Notes under the pieces: model-generated
The model's input: only the letters and a program-made list of their open reading frames with translations
Database searches by the model: none
What the model was told of the DNA's origin: nothing
Shown: piece after piece, positions 50,622 to 58,870 of the stretch
Layout: each line of letters starts with the position of its first letter
Numbering within the stretch: position 1 is the stretch's first letter
From: Nitrospirota bacterium
GTDB taxonomy: Bacteria; Nitrospirota; Thermodesulfovibrionia; SZUA-242
DNA length: 64,000 nt
Assembly (NCBI GenBank): GCA_027021335.1
Contig: JALUUO010000088.1
Coordinates: 37,916-101,915 of the forward strand
Direction of reading: 5' to 3'
Position numbers and translations under genes: made by a program

Positions 50622-51461
50622 TCACCTTTTTAAATTCCATGTCTCACTGCCGTAGCGTTTAACTTCCAGTGCTCCGGCAATTCTCTCTTCTTCAAGACTT
50701 AATCGCTCCTTCCTGAAATTTACTCCAAAGGTGCTTTTAAAACCATACTGCACCGCAGCCGCAAGCTCGTCAGAGGAAAGCCCGGGAACGAAATCTCTAA
50801 GCCCTGCCATTTTTTCTCCAGCCGCAGCCATTGCCCGTTTTCTTGCAGTTTCAGACCTGAAAGACAACAAGCTGTAAATATGGTCATGGTTTAATTCCAG
50901 CGGTATGGATCCCTGCTGCATCAAACCGCTTGACCAGCGTTTCTGTGCGCTCCCTATAATTTTACGGCCATCAACAGCAGCCTCGGCAAAACTTAATGAC
51001 TGAAAGCAGACAGGGTTTCTGCCGGCATTTATTCCAGGTCGGCCTGAGGAGCGCACAGAAGATATTTCAGCAGCTATTCCAAGTCTGTTAAATCCGGCAA
51101 TAAAGGCCTTACTAAGCAGCTTGTATGTTTCATGCAGGTTTAATGAGGAAAAAGGGGATTGAAAAGGCGATGAAAAACTGTATGTAAGCTCCTGCCTGCC
51201 ATGAACAACAGCACGGCCACCCGTTATTCGGCGCACTACATCAATATTGTTCTGCCTGCAACGCTCAACATTTACCTCACGCTTAATCTGTTGGAAATAA
51301 CCTATGGTTACAGCCGGACCGGACCAGGTATAAAGACGCAGGCTGGGAGGTGAGAGCTTTTTTCTGACAGATATTGAAACAGCTTCGTCAACCGCCATGT
51401 TCCTGGCAGGCCCGGCCCGGCCGTCTATTATCAGTCGCCAATTCATAATATTCTTAATCAA
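50622..51461 (-). CDS. Lipoate/biotin protein ligase family (LplA/LipB-type catalytic domain) protein
   Basis: BPL/LPL catalytic-domain signature (RNMAVDEAV...LRLYTWSGPAVTIGYFQ). Confidence 0.75.
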   Translation of the reverse strand: MIKNIMNWRLIIDGRAGPARNMAVDEAVSISVRKKLSPPSLRLYTWSGPAVTIGYFQQIKREVNVERCRQNNIDVVRRITGGRAVVHGRQELTYSFSSPFQSPFSSLNLHETYKLLSKAFIAGFNRLGIAAEISSVRSSGRPGINAGRNPVCFQSLSFAEAAVDGRKIIGSAQKRWSSGLMQQGSIPLELNHDHIYSLLSFRSETARKRAMAAAGEKMAGLRDFVPGLSSDELAAAVQYGFKSTFGVNFRKERLSLEEERIAGALEVKRYGSETWNLKR

Positions 51462-51572
51462 AGGGGGGCAGGTCTACACACTTGACATTTCTTTTGTTAT
51501 CATTACCGCATTAGAAGGCTTTCTCTTTCCAGTAACCTCGCTGTGGGCCGCTAGAGCGGCTCCCTATCCCGA

Positions 51573-52949
51573 TTACTTGCCTATACAGAAGTCTTTAAAA
51601 ATCACGTTCAGAATATCGTCTGCCGTGGTAACTCCAAGTATGTTATCTAGACCTTCCAGCGCTTCACGAAGGTCAAGTGACAGGATTTCAGGTGGTTCAC
51701 TATCCTGCTTCAAGCCGTCTATAAACGCATATAAGCATTGTAACGTTTTTTTAAGAGATGTTTTGTGGCGTATACGTGTGATTGTAGTTCCCTCTGTTGT
51801 GGAGTTCTCTTTAATTATGAGACTTCTTATTGCTGATTTCAGATCTGCAGTTCCCTTGTTATGTAGTGCAGAAACCTCAACATGGGTTAACTGAAGACCT
51901 GAACAAGCCAATGAAAAGGCACCGGGAAGATCCGTCTTGTTCAAAACTATCAGGGCCTTACTGCTGTTTAGCAGGTCGAGTAATTCAAGGTCGGAATTAT
52001 GCAAAGGCATTGACTTATCGAGGACAAGAAGTACAAGTTCCGCTTTTTTCATGGCTTCACGGCTTCTTCGCACGCCCTCTGATTCAGCAAGGTTATGGCT
52101 CTGCCTGATTCCTGCCGTATCGATAAGACGGATGGGAAGCCCGTCTACGCTTATGTTTTCCTCGATGGTATCCCTGGTTGTTCCGGGAATATCGGTTACA
52201 ATCGCCCGCTCTTCGGCCAAAAGCATGTTAAGAAGCGATGATTTTCCTACATTTGGACGGCCGATGATAGCCACAGTAGCCCCCTCTCGGAGTATCCTTC
52301 CTTTGTTGTAAGTTTCTATCAGGGTTTCGATTTCGCAAGCAAGTGACGTTGCCTGGTTATAAAAACTCTCAAAGTCGAACCGTGGTATTTCCTCCTCTGG
52401 AAAATCTATATAAGTCTCCAGGTGAGCGGTAAGTCTTATTAGCCTGTTTTTAAACTCCCCGATAGTTCTGCCTAACCTGCCTCCAAGCTGATCCGATGCA
52501 GAGATAAGGCTTCTGTGGGTTTTTGCCTGAATGACATCCATAACGGCTTCGGCCTGGGTAAGGTCTATTCGTCCATTTAGAAAAGCCAGCAGAGTGAATT
52601 CTCCTGGTTCAGCCGGTCTGGCTCCTCTGTCAAGCACTGTCTGAAGCACTTGTTGCAATGCTGAAGTTCCACCGTGACAGTGAATCTCCACCACATCTTC
52701 CCTGGTGTATGTCTTAGGCGCTCGCATATAGACAGCCAGTACTTCGTCAATAGGGGAGCCGGACTCGTCGATTATATGTCCGTAATAAAGTTGGTGTGAT
52801 CTGAACCGCTTGAGGGGACTGCCTGAGGGACTATGAAAAATACTGCGAAGAATAGCGAGTGATCGTTTCCCGCTTAGCTTAATAATCCCTATCGCACTTT
52901 CGCCCGGAGCCGTGGATATGGCGGCGATTGTATCATTGTGCCTCTGCAC
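51573..52949 (-). CDS. mnmE: tRNA modification GTPase MnmE (TrmE)
   Basis: N-terminal THF-binding domain (IAAISTAPGESAIGIIKLSG), G-domain (GRPNVGKSSLLN), and the C-terminal CIGK motif. Confidence 0.93.
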   Translation of the reverse strand: MQRHNDTIAAISTAPGESAIGIIKLSGKRSLAILRSIFHSPSGSPLKRFRSHQLYYGHIIDESGSPIDEVLAVYMRAPKTYTREDVVEIHCHGGTSALQQVLQTVLDRGARPAEPGEFTLLAFLNGRIDLTQAEAVMDVIQAKTHRSLISASDQLGGRLGRTIGEFKNRLIRLTAHLETYIDFPEEEIPRFDFESFYNQATSLACEIETLIETYNKGRILREGATVAIIGRPNVGKSSLLNMLLAEERAIVTDIPGTTRDTIEENISVDGLPIRLIDTAGIRQSHNLAESEGVRRSREAMKKAELVLLVLDKSMPLHNSDLELLDLLNSSKALIVLNKTDLPGAFSLACSGLQLTHVEVSALHNKGTADLKSAIRSLIIKENSTTEGTTITRIRHKTSLKKTLQCLYAFIDGLKQDSEPPEILSLDLREALEGLDNILGVTTADDILNVIFKDFCIGK

Positions 52950-54588
52950 TGGCCGGTACTGCCTTACGGTTTGTGAATAACTGCTGAATGATTCCCAGGA
53001 TATTTCCGACTGTCCAGTAAAGAACCAGTCCTGAAGAGAGATTGAAGAACATAAAAGTAAAGATTATAGGCAGGTATTTCATCATTTTCATCTGGGCTGC
53101 TTGTTGACCGGATGAAGGGTTTGGCGTGAGTTTTTGCTGAAGAAACATGGTAGCTCCCATAATTATAGGCAGAATACCCAGTGCTGAGCCGCCTAGGAAG
53201 GGTATTGCCTCGGGAAAGTGTCCAAACAAGGTATCCGGAGCTGAAAGATCGGTAAGCCAGGCAACAAACGGAGCCTGTCTAAGCTCTATAGAAATAAGAA
53301 GCACTTTATAGAGAGCGAAAAAGACAGGAATCTGAAGCACCATCGGCAAGCAACCGCTTACTGGGTTGACCCCGGCCTCTTTGTAAAGCTTCATCGTTTC
53401 GGTCTGAATCTTCTTGCTGTCGTTTTTGTATTTCTGCTTAAGCTCCTGCAGCTTTGGGTTGAGCTCCTGCATTTTCTTCATAGATTTCTGGCTTTTATTC
53501 ATCAGTGGAATAAAAGGAATTCTGGTTAGAATAGATATAAGAATTATGGATACTCCGTAATTACCCGTTACTTTATATAGAAGTTTAAGAAACCAGAACA
53601 GAGGGTGGGCTATAAATGACCAGAAACCAAAATTCACAATATCCTGCAGACCGACCTGTTTTAGCATATCGTACTGTTTAGGTCCGGCGTAAAGCGTGAA
53701 CTTTGAATCTTCGTCATTGACTGTGTATGCAATTTCGAGTTTTTCGCCGTTTTTCCAGACTTGTGCAGCGCCTCTGCCTGATTCGGGTTTCAAGGCTGCG
53801 GTGAAGTATTTATCTTCTTGCGCTATCCATCGAACATCTTGATTAAACTCAAGGGTTCCCTCATCCAGGTCTGACAAACTGAAGGCTTCCCTGCTCGTGC
53901 CTTGTAACAGGGACGGTCCAACGTGCGTATACATTGCGGCCGCATTAATGTTTGGTATGCCGAAGCCGTCCCCAATCGCCAGTTGATACGAGGGGGCTCC
54001 TTTAACTGTAACCGCCATATCTATGCGATACGAATCAAAGTAAAAGGTAAAGCTTTTTTTGATAAGTAGGCCTGACTTATCCTTGTAAGTAAAAGTCAGG
54101 CTTTGAGTATTATTCCCGTCAAATTCAACAGAGTTCCGATCTGTGCTATAGATAACCTTTGACGGAAGGTCTGCACGGGTGTCGTTTATTACTATAGACA
54201 TAGGAGGCAGAACGCCGGAAGCGGGACGTATAAGACGGATGGGTTTTCCGAAGTCATCGGTATATTTATTCAGATCCCACTTAATCGCCGTAGCTCCGAG
54301 AGTTGTAAAAACGGCATGGTAGAGTTCTGTTTTTACCTCAATTTTCTGTTCGGTCAGATTTTGTTCTGAGGGAAACGCCTCTTGCGCCTCTGGCGCGTTC
54401 AAGTCTTTCTCGTACAGGGGCTTTTCTTCTTTGGATATAGGCTGTTCTTCTGCTTGTCGCTGTTCATTCATCCTCTGCTGTTGCTGGATCTGTTGGCCAG
54501 GATTTCGGGGGGGAGGCGCAAAAAAACGGCTCCACAAGACCAGTACTGCAAGTGAGAGGGCTGCTGCAAGAAGTGCTCGTTTTTCCAT
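52933..54588 (-). CDS. yidC: Membrane protein insertase YidC
   Basis: N-terminal transmembrane helix, a large periplasmic domain, and the conserved five-transmembrane 60-kDa insertase core. It sits in the conserved rnpA-yidD-yidC-mnmE order. Confidence 0.92.
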   Translation of the reverse strand: MEKRALLAAALSLAVLVLWSRFFAPPPRNPGQQIQQQQRMNEQRQAEEQPISKEEKPLYEKDLNAPEAQEAFPSEQNLTEQKIEVKTELYHAVFTTLGATAIKWDLNKYTDDFGKPIRLIRPASGVLPPMSIVINDTRADLPSKVIYSTDRNSVEFDGNNTQSLTFTYKDKSGLLIKKSFTFYFDSYRIDMAVTVKGAPSYQLAIGDGFGIPNINAAAMYTHVGPSLLQGTSREAFSLSDLDEGTLEFNQDVRWIAQEDKYFTAALKPESGRGAAQVWKNGEKLEIAYTVNDEDSKFTLYAGPKQYDMLKQVGLQDIVNFGFWSFIAHPLFWFLKLLYKVTGNYGVSIILISILTRIPFIPLMNKSQKSMKKMQELNPKLQELKQKYKNDSKKIQTETMKLYKEAGVNPVSGCLPMVLQIPVFFALYKVLLISIELRQAPFVAWLTDLSAPDTLFGHFPEAIPFLGGSALGILPIIMGATMFLQQKLTPNPSSGQQAAQMKMMKYLPIIFTFMFFNLSSGLVLYWTVGNILGIIQQLFTNRKAVPASAEAQ

Positions 54589-54682
54589 ATTAAGTTTTTT
54601 GTTTTTTTAAAGAAAAGTTATTTTTATCTTTATATTATGTTTATTTTTACTTAAGTTACCGGAGTTTATTTCCGGCAGTTAC

Positions 54683-54892
54683 TTACTTTACTGGGTCGTG
54701 TCCACCTTCGTGAAACGGGTGGCATTTTAGAAGACGCTTGACTGCCAGGATGCTTCCATGTCCGGCTCCATGCTTGTTTATCGCTTCGATTGCATATTCG
54801 GAGCAAGTCGGCACAAACCTACAGCTTGACGGAAGAACCGGAGATATTAAATTCCTATAAAACTTGATAAGGATTGTTAAAAGAGTTCTCAA
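54683..54892 (-). CDS. yidD: Membrane protein insertion efficiency factor YidD
   Basis: [31 protein letters not shown] is the YidD signature. Confidence 0.9.
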   Translation of the reverse strand: MRTLLTILIKFYRNLISPVLPSSCRFVPTCSEYAIEAINKHGAGHGSILAVKRLLKCHPFHEGGHDPVK

Positions 54893-55215
54893 GGCCGTAT
54901 ACGTTCGAAAAGATTTATAAGTGAGGTTTTTATCTGTACAAGTGTGTTGTTACAAATAGGCTTTCTAGCCATAAGCACCAAGTCGTATCCGGACTGAAAA
55001 CGCTCAGGCATCTCATTGGCAGCCTCCCTTAGAAGCCGTTTAATACGGTTGCGGACCACTGCGCCTCCCACCTTTTTGCCTACGGCGATGCCAAGTCTTG
55101 TGATTTCCTCTCCGGTTTTAAGATAATAAATCACTATACCGGCGGAGACTACAAAACGTCCATCACGAAAAACCCTTTGAAACAGGCTGGATTTCCTTAA
55201 ACGCTCAACCGTTTT
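54889..55215 (-). CDS. rnpA: RNase P protein component RnpA. The start codon is unresolved. Homology continues upstream of the GTG at 55134 into the 3' end of rpmH.
   Basis: The ORF track gives 54889..55134 (GTG start, 81 aa). The same frame upstream encodes [26 protein letters not shown], which matches the conserved RnpA N-terminal region. There is no ATG, GTG or TTG between the in-frame stop at 55216-55218 and 55134. Confidence 0.6.
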   Translation of the reverse strand, partial: KTVERLRKSSLFQRVFRDGRFVVSAGIVIYYLKTGEEITRLGIAVGKKVGGAVVRNRIKRLLREAANEMPERFQSGYDLVLMARKPICNNTLVQIKTSLINLFERIRP

Positions 55216-55337
55216 CTACCTTTAGCCCTTCTTCTCTTCAGGATCTTTCGTCCGCTTTTGGTGCTGGAACGCTCCAGAAAACCATGCTTACGCTTTCTCT
55301 TGATATTGTGAGGACGATATGTTGTGTAAGTTCCCAT
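55197..55337 (-). CDS. rpmH: 50S ribosomal protein L34. It is missing from the ORF track because it is under 60 aa.
   Basis: Manual translation gives [46 protein letters not shown] (46 aa), the canonical L34 sequence. It lies immediately upstream of rnpA. Confidence 0.88.
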   Translation of the reverse strand: MGTYTTYRPHNIKRKRKHGFLERSSTKSGRKILKRRRAKGRKRLSV

Positions 55338-55401
55338 AAGACAAATAATATAAGAAACTAGACAATATAAGTCAAGTACCCTTGCAACTCTGTGTCAAGC
55401 T

Positions 55402-55445
55402 AAAATAGAAATGTCCTGTTCTTACCAAAATAGAAATGTCCTGTT
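55402..55445. repeat. Two perfect 19-bp direct repeats (AAAATAGAAATGTCCTGTT) separated by 6 bp, 65-110 bp upstream of rpmH
   Basis: Copies at 55402-55420 and 55427-55445, giving a 25-bp period. They lie between the YkgJ-like gene stop and the rpmH promoter region. Confidence 0.85.
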
Positions 55446-55460
55446 TTTATGTTTGAACCC

Positions 55461-56108
55461 TCAACTCTTCACAAAGATAGCGTTAAGTTTGGGAAGCGCT
55501 TCGATTGCCGCTTTTAGGCGCAGACGAAAAATATCCTCACTGCTCATCCTGGATACTTTATGAGGGGATAGACCCGCAGGGGGCAGGTCTGTGTTATAAA
55601 TCATCATGGCGAAAGCTGACCTGAAAAGACTTTTATCCGTCATACCGATCGTTTCAGCCTGATTTATGAACTCCACCCATACTTCCCACATCCTGTCATA
55701 GAGGGAAGTCTCCTGCTTTTTGCGGTAACCGGTAACTGTTTGACTGGTTGGTGCATCAAAGCCGGCGCAGGCGTTTTTTGAAAGAAGAACGTACTTGAAA
55801 CCGTTATGAAATAATTTTCCAAGTGGAAAAAGACGGCATACAAGGGGACGTACGCTATAAATCGAGCAGGCGTTGTTTTTTAGAAAGGGGCAGACATTCT
55901 CACGGTTTATTGTAACCAGAGGGAATCCATTGCCTGGATCATATGATTCTTCAAAATAGTCGTCATCTAGGATATCGTATGATATGCCTGTGAATCTACT
56001 TATGCGGTGTATCTCAAAAGGGCTGAGAACCAGGGGATGCCCTGTTGTGCAGCACCTAAGATCGCAAGCTTTCGGCACGCATTCAAAACAAAACCGGCCT
56101 GACGTCAT
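55461..56108 (-). CDS. YkgJ-family (UPF0153) cysteine-cluster zinc/iron-chelating domain protein
   Basis: CFECVPKACDLRCC matches the CxxCxxxC..CC motif of the YkgJ family. Confidence 0.65.
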   Translation of the reverse strand: MTSGRFCFECVPKACDLRCCTTGHPLVLSPFEIHRISRFTGISYDILDDDYFEESYDPGNGFPLVTINRENVCPFLKNNACSIYSVRPLVCRLFPLGKLFHNGFKYVLLSKNACAGFDAPTSQTVTGYRKKQETSLYDRMWEVWVEFINQAETIGMTDKSLFRSAFAMMIYNTDLPPAGLSPHKVSRMSSEDIFRLRLKAAIEALPKLNAIFVKS

Positions 56109-56125
56109 ATCTAGTTCTGGGTTTT

Positions 56126-56671
56126 TTATGTCGATATTTCCTTTCCTATGATTTTCTTTTTAAGAACGACAAATTCAGAGTCGTTGATTTTTCCCGTCTC
56201 TTTTAACCTAACTAAGCGCTCCAGGCTGTTTAGCGGGTCATCTTCTTTGCGTTTTCCGCGAAGATTGGCCAGTAAAGAATTATTCTGTTCAATAAGCTGT
56301 GCCCGTCTGTAAGCATTTCTGATAGTCACCAGCATTTCATCCATGCGGAATGGCTTGGTTACATAATCGTAAGCTCCTTCCTTAACAGCTTCCAGTGCGC
56401 TTTTGATGGTGGCATAAGCGGTAATGATGACTACGGAAGTATCGGGATCAAGGGACATGGTTCTTTTCAGAATTTCCAGGCCGGTTGCACCTGACATCTT
56501 TAAATCAGTGATTACCAGATGGAATTGCTTGTGAAGTATACTGGTTAAAGCCTCATTTCCGTCAGCAGCTATTTCCACTGTATAATTTTCACGGGTTATT
56601 ATATCTGCAAGCAGGTCCCTGACACTTTCATCGTCGTCCGCCACCAGGATTCTGAAATCTTCTTTTTTCAT
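56126..56671 (-). CDS. Response regulator with a receiver domain and a C-terminal SHOCT-like short domain
   Basis: Receiver motifs (ILVADDDESVRDL...VITDLKMSG). The C-terminal segment (LNSLERLVRLKETGKINDSEFVVLKKKII) resembles the SHOCT oligomerisation/short C-terminal domain. Confidence 0.75.
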   Translation of the reverse strand: MKKEDFRILVADDDESVRDLLADIITRENYTVEIAADGNEALTSILHKQFHLVITDLKMSGATGLEILKRTMSLDPDTSVVIITAYATIKSALEAVKEGAYDYVTKPFRMDEMLVTIRNAYRRAQLIEQNNSLLANLRGKRKEDDPLNSLERLVRLKETGKINDSEFVVLKKKIIGKEIST

Positions 56672-56824
56672 CTTAGCCTCTTACAACTATTAAGGTTGAA
56701 GTTACTATACGCGGGACAGTAAGCCCGCTTTGGTGGAGACAATTATATCAGATTTATGTTTGTCTGGGCAGTTAACGGATGATTGTTAATTTTTTTATCA
56801 GTTCGTCCGATGAGATAAAACATC

Positions 56825-58432
56825 ATGCCTAGGACGAAAAAACAATCAAGCAAGAGCGGGGCCGGGTTATCATCTAAAAAACTGAAGCAGCTTCATGCCC
56901 TGGTCGGCAGAATTGCGCCGATCATGGATATAGATCTGCTGCTTACCGAGGTCTATCACCAGATACTTGTGCTTTTTGCGACGCGTGACGCTGCCGTGGT
57001 TCTAAACGACATCGGTGAGGTGAAGGGCTCAAACTTGCTTATGCGTGTAAGAAGAAGTGATGGGTTTAAGAGTATTCGGCTGGATACAGGCCGCCCCGGA
57101 CTTGGACAGCACATAGCAGGTTTTGACGGTGCGGCCGTTATAGACGACATATTCGAGGTGGATAATATTCCTGCGCCGCCATCGAAACGGATCACTGCAA
57201 ATATGCCGCGTTGTGTACTGGGTGGCCCGCTGATTGTTGATGGTATGTGCAAGGGTATTGTAGCTGCCGGACGCATTAACTCCGGTTGTTTCAGCGCTGA
57301 GGAACAAACCCTTATGCGGTTATTTTTGGACCATGTGACGATAGCGGTTCAAAATGCATTTAAATACAGGCAGGAAAAACTCTCAAGTCTTGAGTGGATA
57401 AAAGTTGTGGACGCTTTGAACGATGGTATATTTGTTCATGATAGCTCCAACAAGATCCTCCGTGCCAATCGCAGATTTGTCGAGATGTTCGGCAAAGGAC
57501 TTGGCAGTGTAACCGGTATGGACTGTTCCAAGCTTTTCTCAAGTAACGGGGAAAGCGGATGCCCATACTGCAAACAGAAAGACTCCTTATCCGACAACAA
57601 GCCTGAGTTGCTGTCGGCTGTTTCCAGTTGTTCCATCAGGGATGAATCGAACAATATTCATAGCGTTGTACATGTTGTAAGAGAAGGGCAGGATGAAGTT
57701 AATGGTTTAGGCAATGACAGTCTTGAGGCCCTGGGAGGATTGATCAGTGGTGTGGCGCACGAGGTGAAAACTCCTATTACCGGTATTATCGGCTATAGTG
57801 AACTTGCTCTTGATAAGGTAAGGGAGAAAAATCCTGCGGACGAAAAGATAATGCATTATTTAAACAGGATACACTCCGAGGGTAATAGGGCGTATAGAAT
57901 AATCCACGATCTCTTGTACTTTTCCAGAAATCATCAGCCGGAAACCGGAAGGGTTAAGGTGACAGAGCTATTAACCGGGCTTTTCGATATAGAGGCGCGC
58001 AGACTTAAGAAACACCATATAAAGCTTAAAAAGAAGATGCTGGAAGTGCCGGATGTCTGGGGAGACCCCAGACAGATACAGCAGGTATTTGCCAACGTAT
58101 TAAGTAATGCGATTCAGGCTTTAATGCTTGTCGAAGGCGGCGGTGTACTCGAGGTTGAGACGTCGGCTGAAGTTGAAAGTGTGCTGATAACGGTCAGGGA
58201 CACAGGTCCGGGAATCAGCCCGGAGGTTAGGGGCAGAATATTCGATCCGTTTTTCGGGGTTGAAGGTTTCAGCGATGGAATAGGTTTGGGGTTAAGTGTT
58301 GCTTTTGGCATAGTAAATGCCCATGGAGGAAAGATTTCCGTAGGCGCTCTGGGAGAAAAAGGCACAGAAGTTTTGATCCGTCTGCCTGTTAGAAGGGATT
58401 CGGTTGACAAACATGCACAACTTCAAGTATAA
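56825..58432 (+). CDS. Cytoplasmic sensor histidine kinase with GAF and PAS domains
   Basis: GAF-like N-terminus, a PAS domain (LEWIKVVDALNDGIFVHDSSNKILRANRRFVEMFG), an H-box (HEVKTPITGIIGYSELAL) and ATPase G-boxes (GLGLSVAFGIVNAHGG). Confidence 0.9.
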   Translation: MPRTKKQSSKSGAGLSSKKLKQLHALVGRIAPIMDIDLLLTEVYHQILVLFATRDAAVVLNDIGEVKGSNLLMRVRRSDGFKSIRLDTGRPGLGQHIAGFDGAAVIDDIFEVDNIPAPPSKRITANMPRCVLGGPLIVDGMCKGIVAAGRINSGCFSAEEQTLMRLFLDHVTIAVQNAFKYRQEKLSSLEWIKVVDALNDGIFVHDSSNKILRANRRFVEMFGKGLGSVTGMDCSKLFSSNGESGCPYCKQKDSLSDNKPELLSAVSSCSIRDESNNIHSVVHVVREGQDEVNGLGNDSLEALGGLISGVAHEVKTPITGIIGYSELALDKVREKNPADEKIMHYLNRIHSEGNRAYRIIHDLLYFSRNHQPETGRVKVTELLTGLFDIEARRLKKHHIKLKKKMLEVPDVWGDPRQIQQVFANVLSNAIQALMLVEGGGVLEVETSAEVESVLITVRDTGPGISPEVRGRIFDPFFGVEGFSDGIGLGLSVAFGIVNAHGGKISVGALGEKGTEVLIRLPVRRDSVDKHAQLQV

Positions 58433-58447
58433 ATACCTTACCAACAC

Positions 58448-58523
58448 GGGCGGTTAGCTCAGCTGGGAGAGCGCAGCCCTTACAAGGCTGATGTCACAGG
58501 TTCAAGCCCTGTACCGCCTACCA
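58448..58523 (+). tRNA. tRNA-Val, anticodon TAC
   Basis: Hand-folded cloverleaf: acceptor GGGCGGT/ACCGCCT, anticodon stem CAGCC/GGCTG, anticodon loop CTTACAA, T-loop TTCAAGC. CCA is encoded. Confidence 0.9.
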
Positions 58524-58600
58524 CTTTTACTGTGACACGACAGAGGCTTGATCCATGTGCAATTCTTAAACTGCACTATATAAACATAAAAACTAATGCG

Positions 58601-58678
58601 GGGGTGGTAGTTCAGCTTGGTTAGAACGCCGGCCTGTCACGCCGGAGGTCGCGGGTTCGAGCCCCGTCCGCCCCGCCA
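58601..58678 (+). tRNA. tRNA-Asp, anticodon GTC
   Basis: Near-identical to E. coli tRNA-Asp (D-arm GTTCAGCTTGGTTAGAAC, anticodon loop CTGTCAC, T-arm GCGGGTTCGAGCCCCGT). CCA is encoded. Confidence 0.9.
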
Positions 58679-58742
58679 TTTCCTTATTCCTTTTTTTAAA
58701 AAAATAAAAAATCATACTCCAAAGTGTCGTTTTCTACTTTAC

Positions 58743-58819
58743 GCCCCCTTAGCTCAGTAGGATAGAGCACAAGTTTCCTAAACTTGGTGTCGCAGGTTCG
58801 ATTCCTGCAGGGGGTACCA
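58743..58819 (+). tRNA. tRNA-Arg, anticodon CCT
   Basis: Cloverleaf: acceptor GCCCCCT/AGGGGGT, anticodon stem CAAGT/ACTTG, anticodon loop TTCCTAA, T-arm GCAGGTTCGATTCCTGC. CCA is encoded. Confidence 0.88.
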
Positions 58820-58870
58820 ACCGCATATTTTTAAATCTTTCACCCGTGTCGGGCTTGCCTGGTTCAGGTT

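Noticed and set aside
55402-55445. CRISPR array
   Set aside because: There are only two repeat units with a 6-bp spacer and no cas genes. No other repeat in the window is arrayed with spacers.
55338-55460. Replication origin or DnaA-box cluster next to rpmH
   Set aside because: There is no dnaA gene upstream and I see no TTATCCACA-like boxes. The upstream neighbour is a YkgJ-like gene.
58433-58870. Integrated prophage or genomic-island boundary at the tRNA cluster
   Set aside because: No integrase, recombinase or transposase ORF is nearby. I found no direct repeat of a tRNA 3' end downstream within the window. It is kept only as a hypothesis in the findings.
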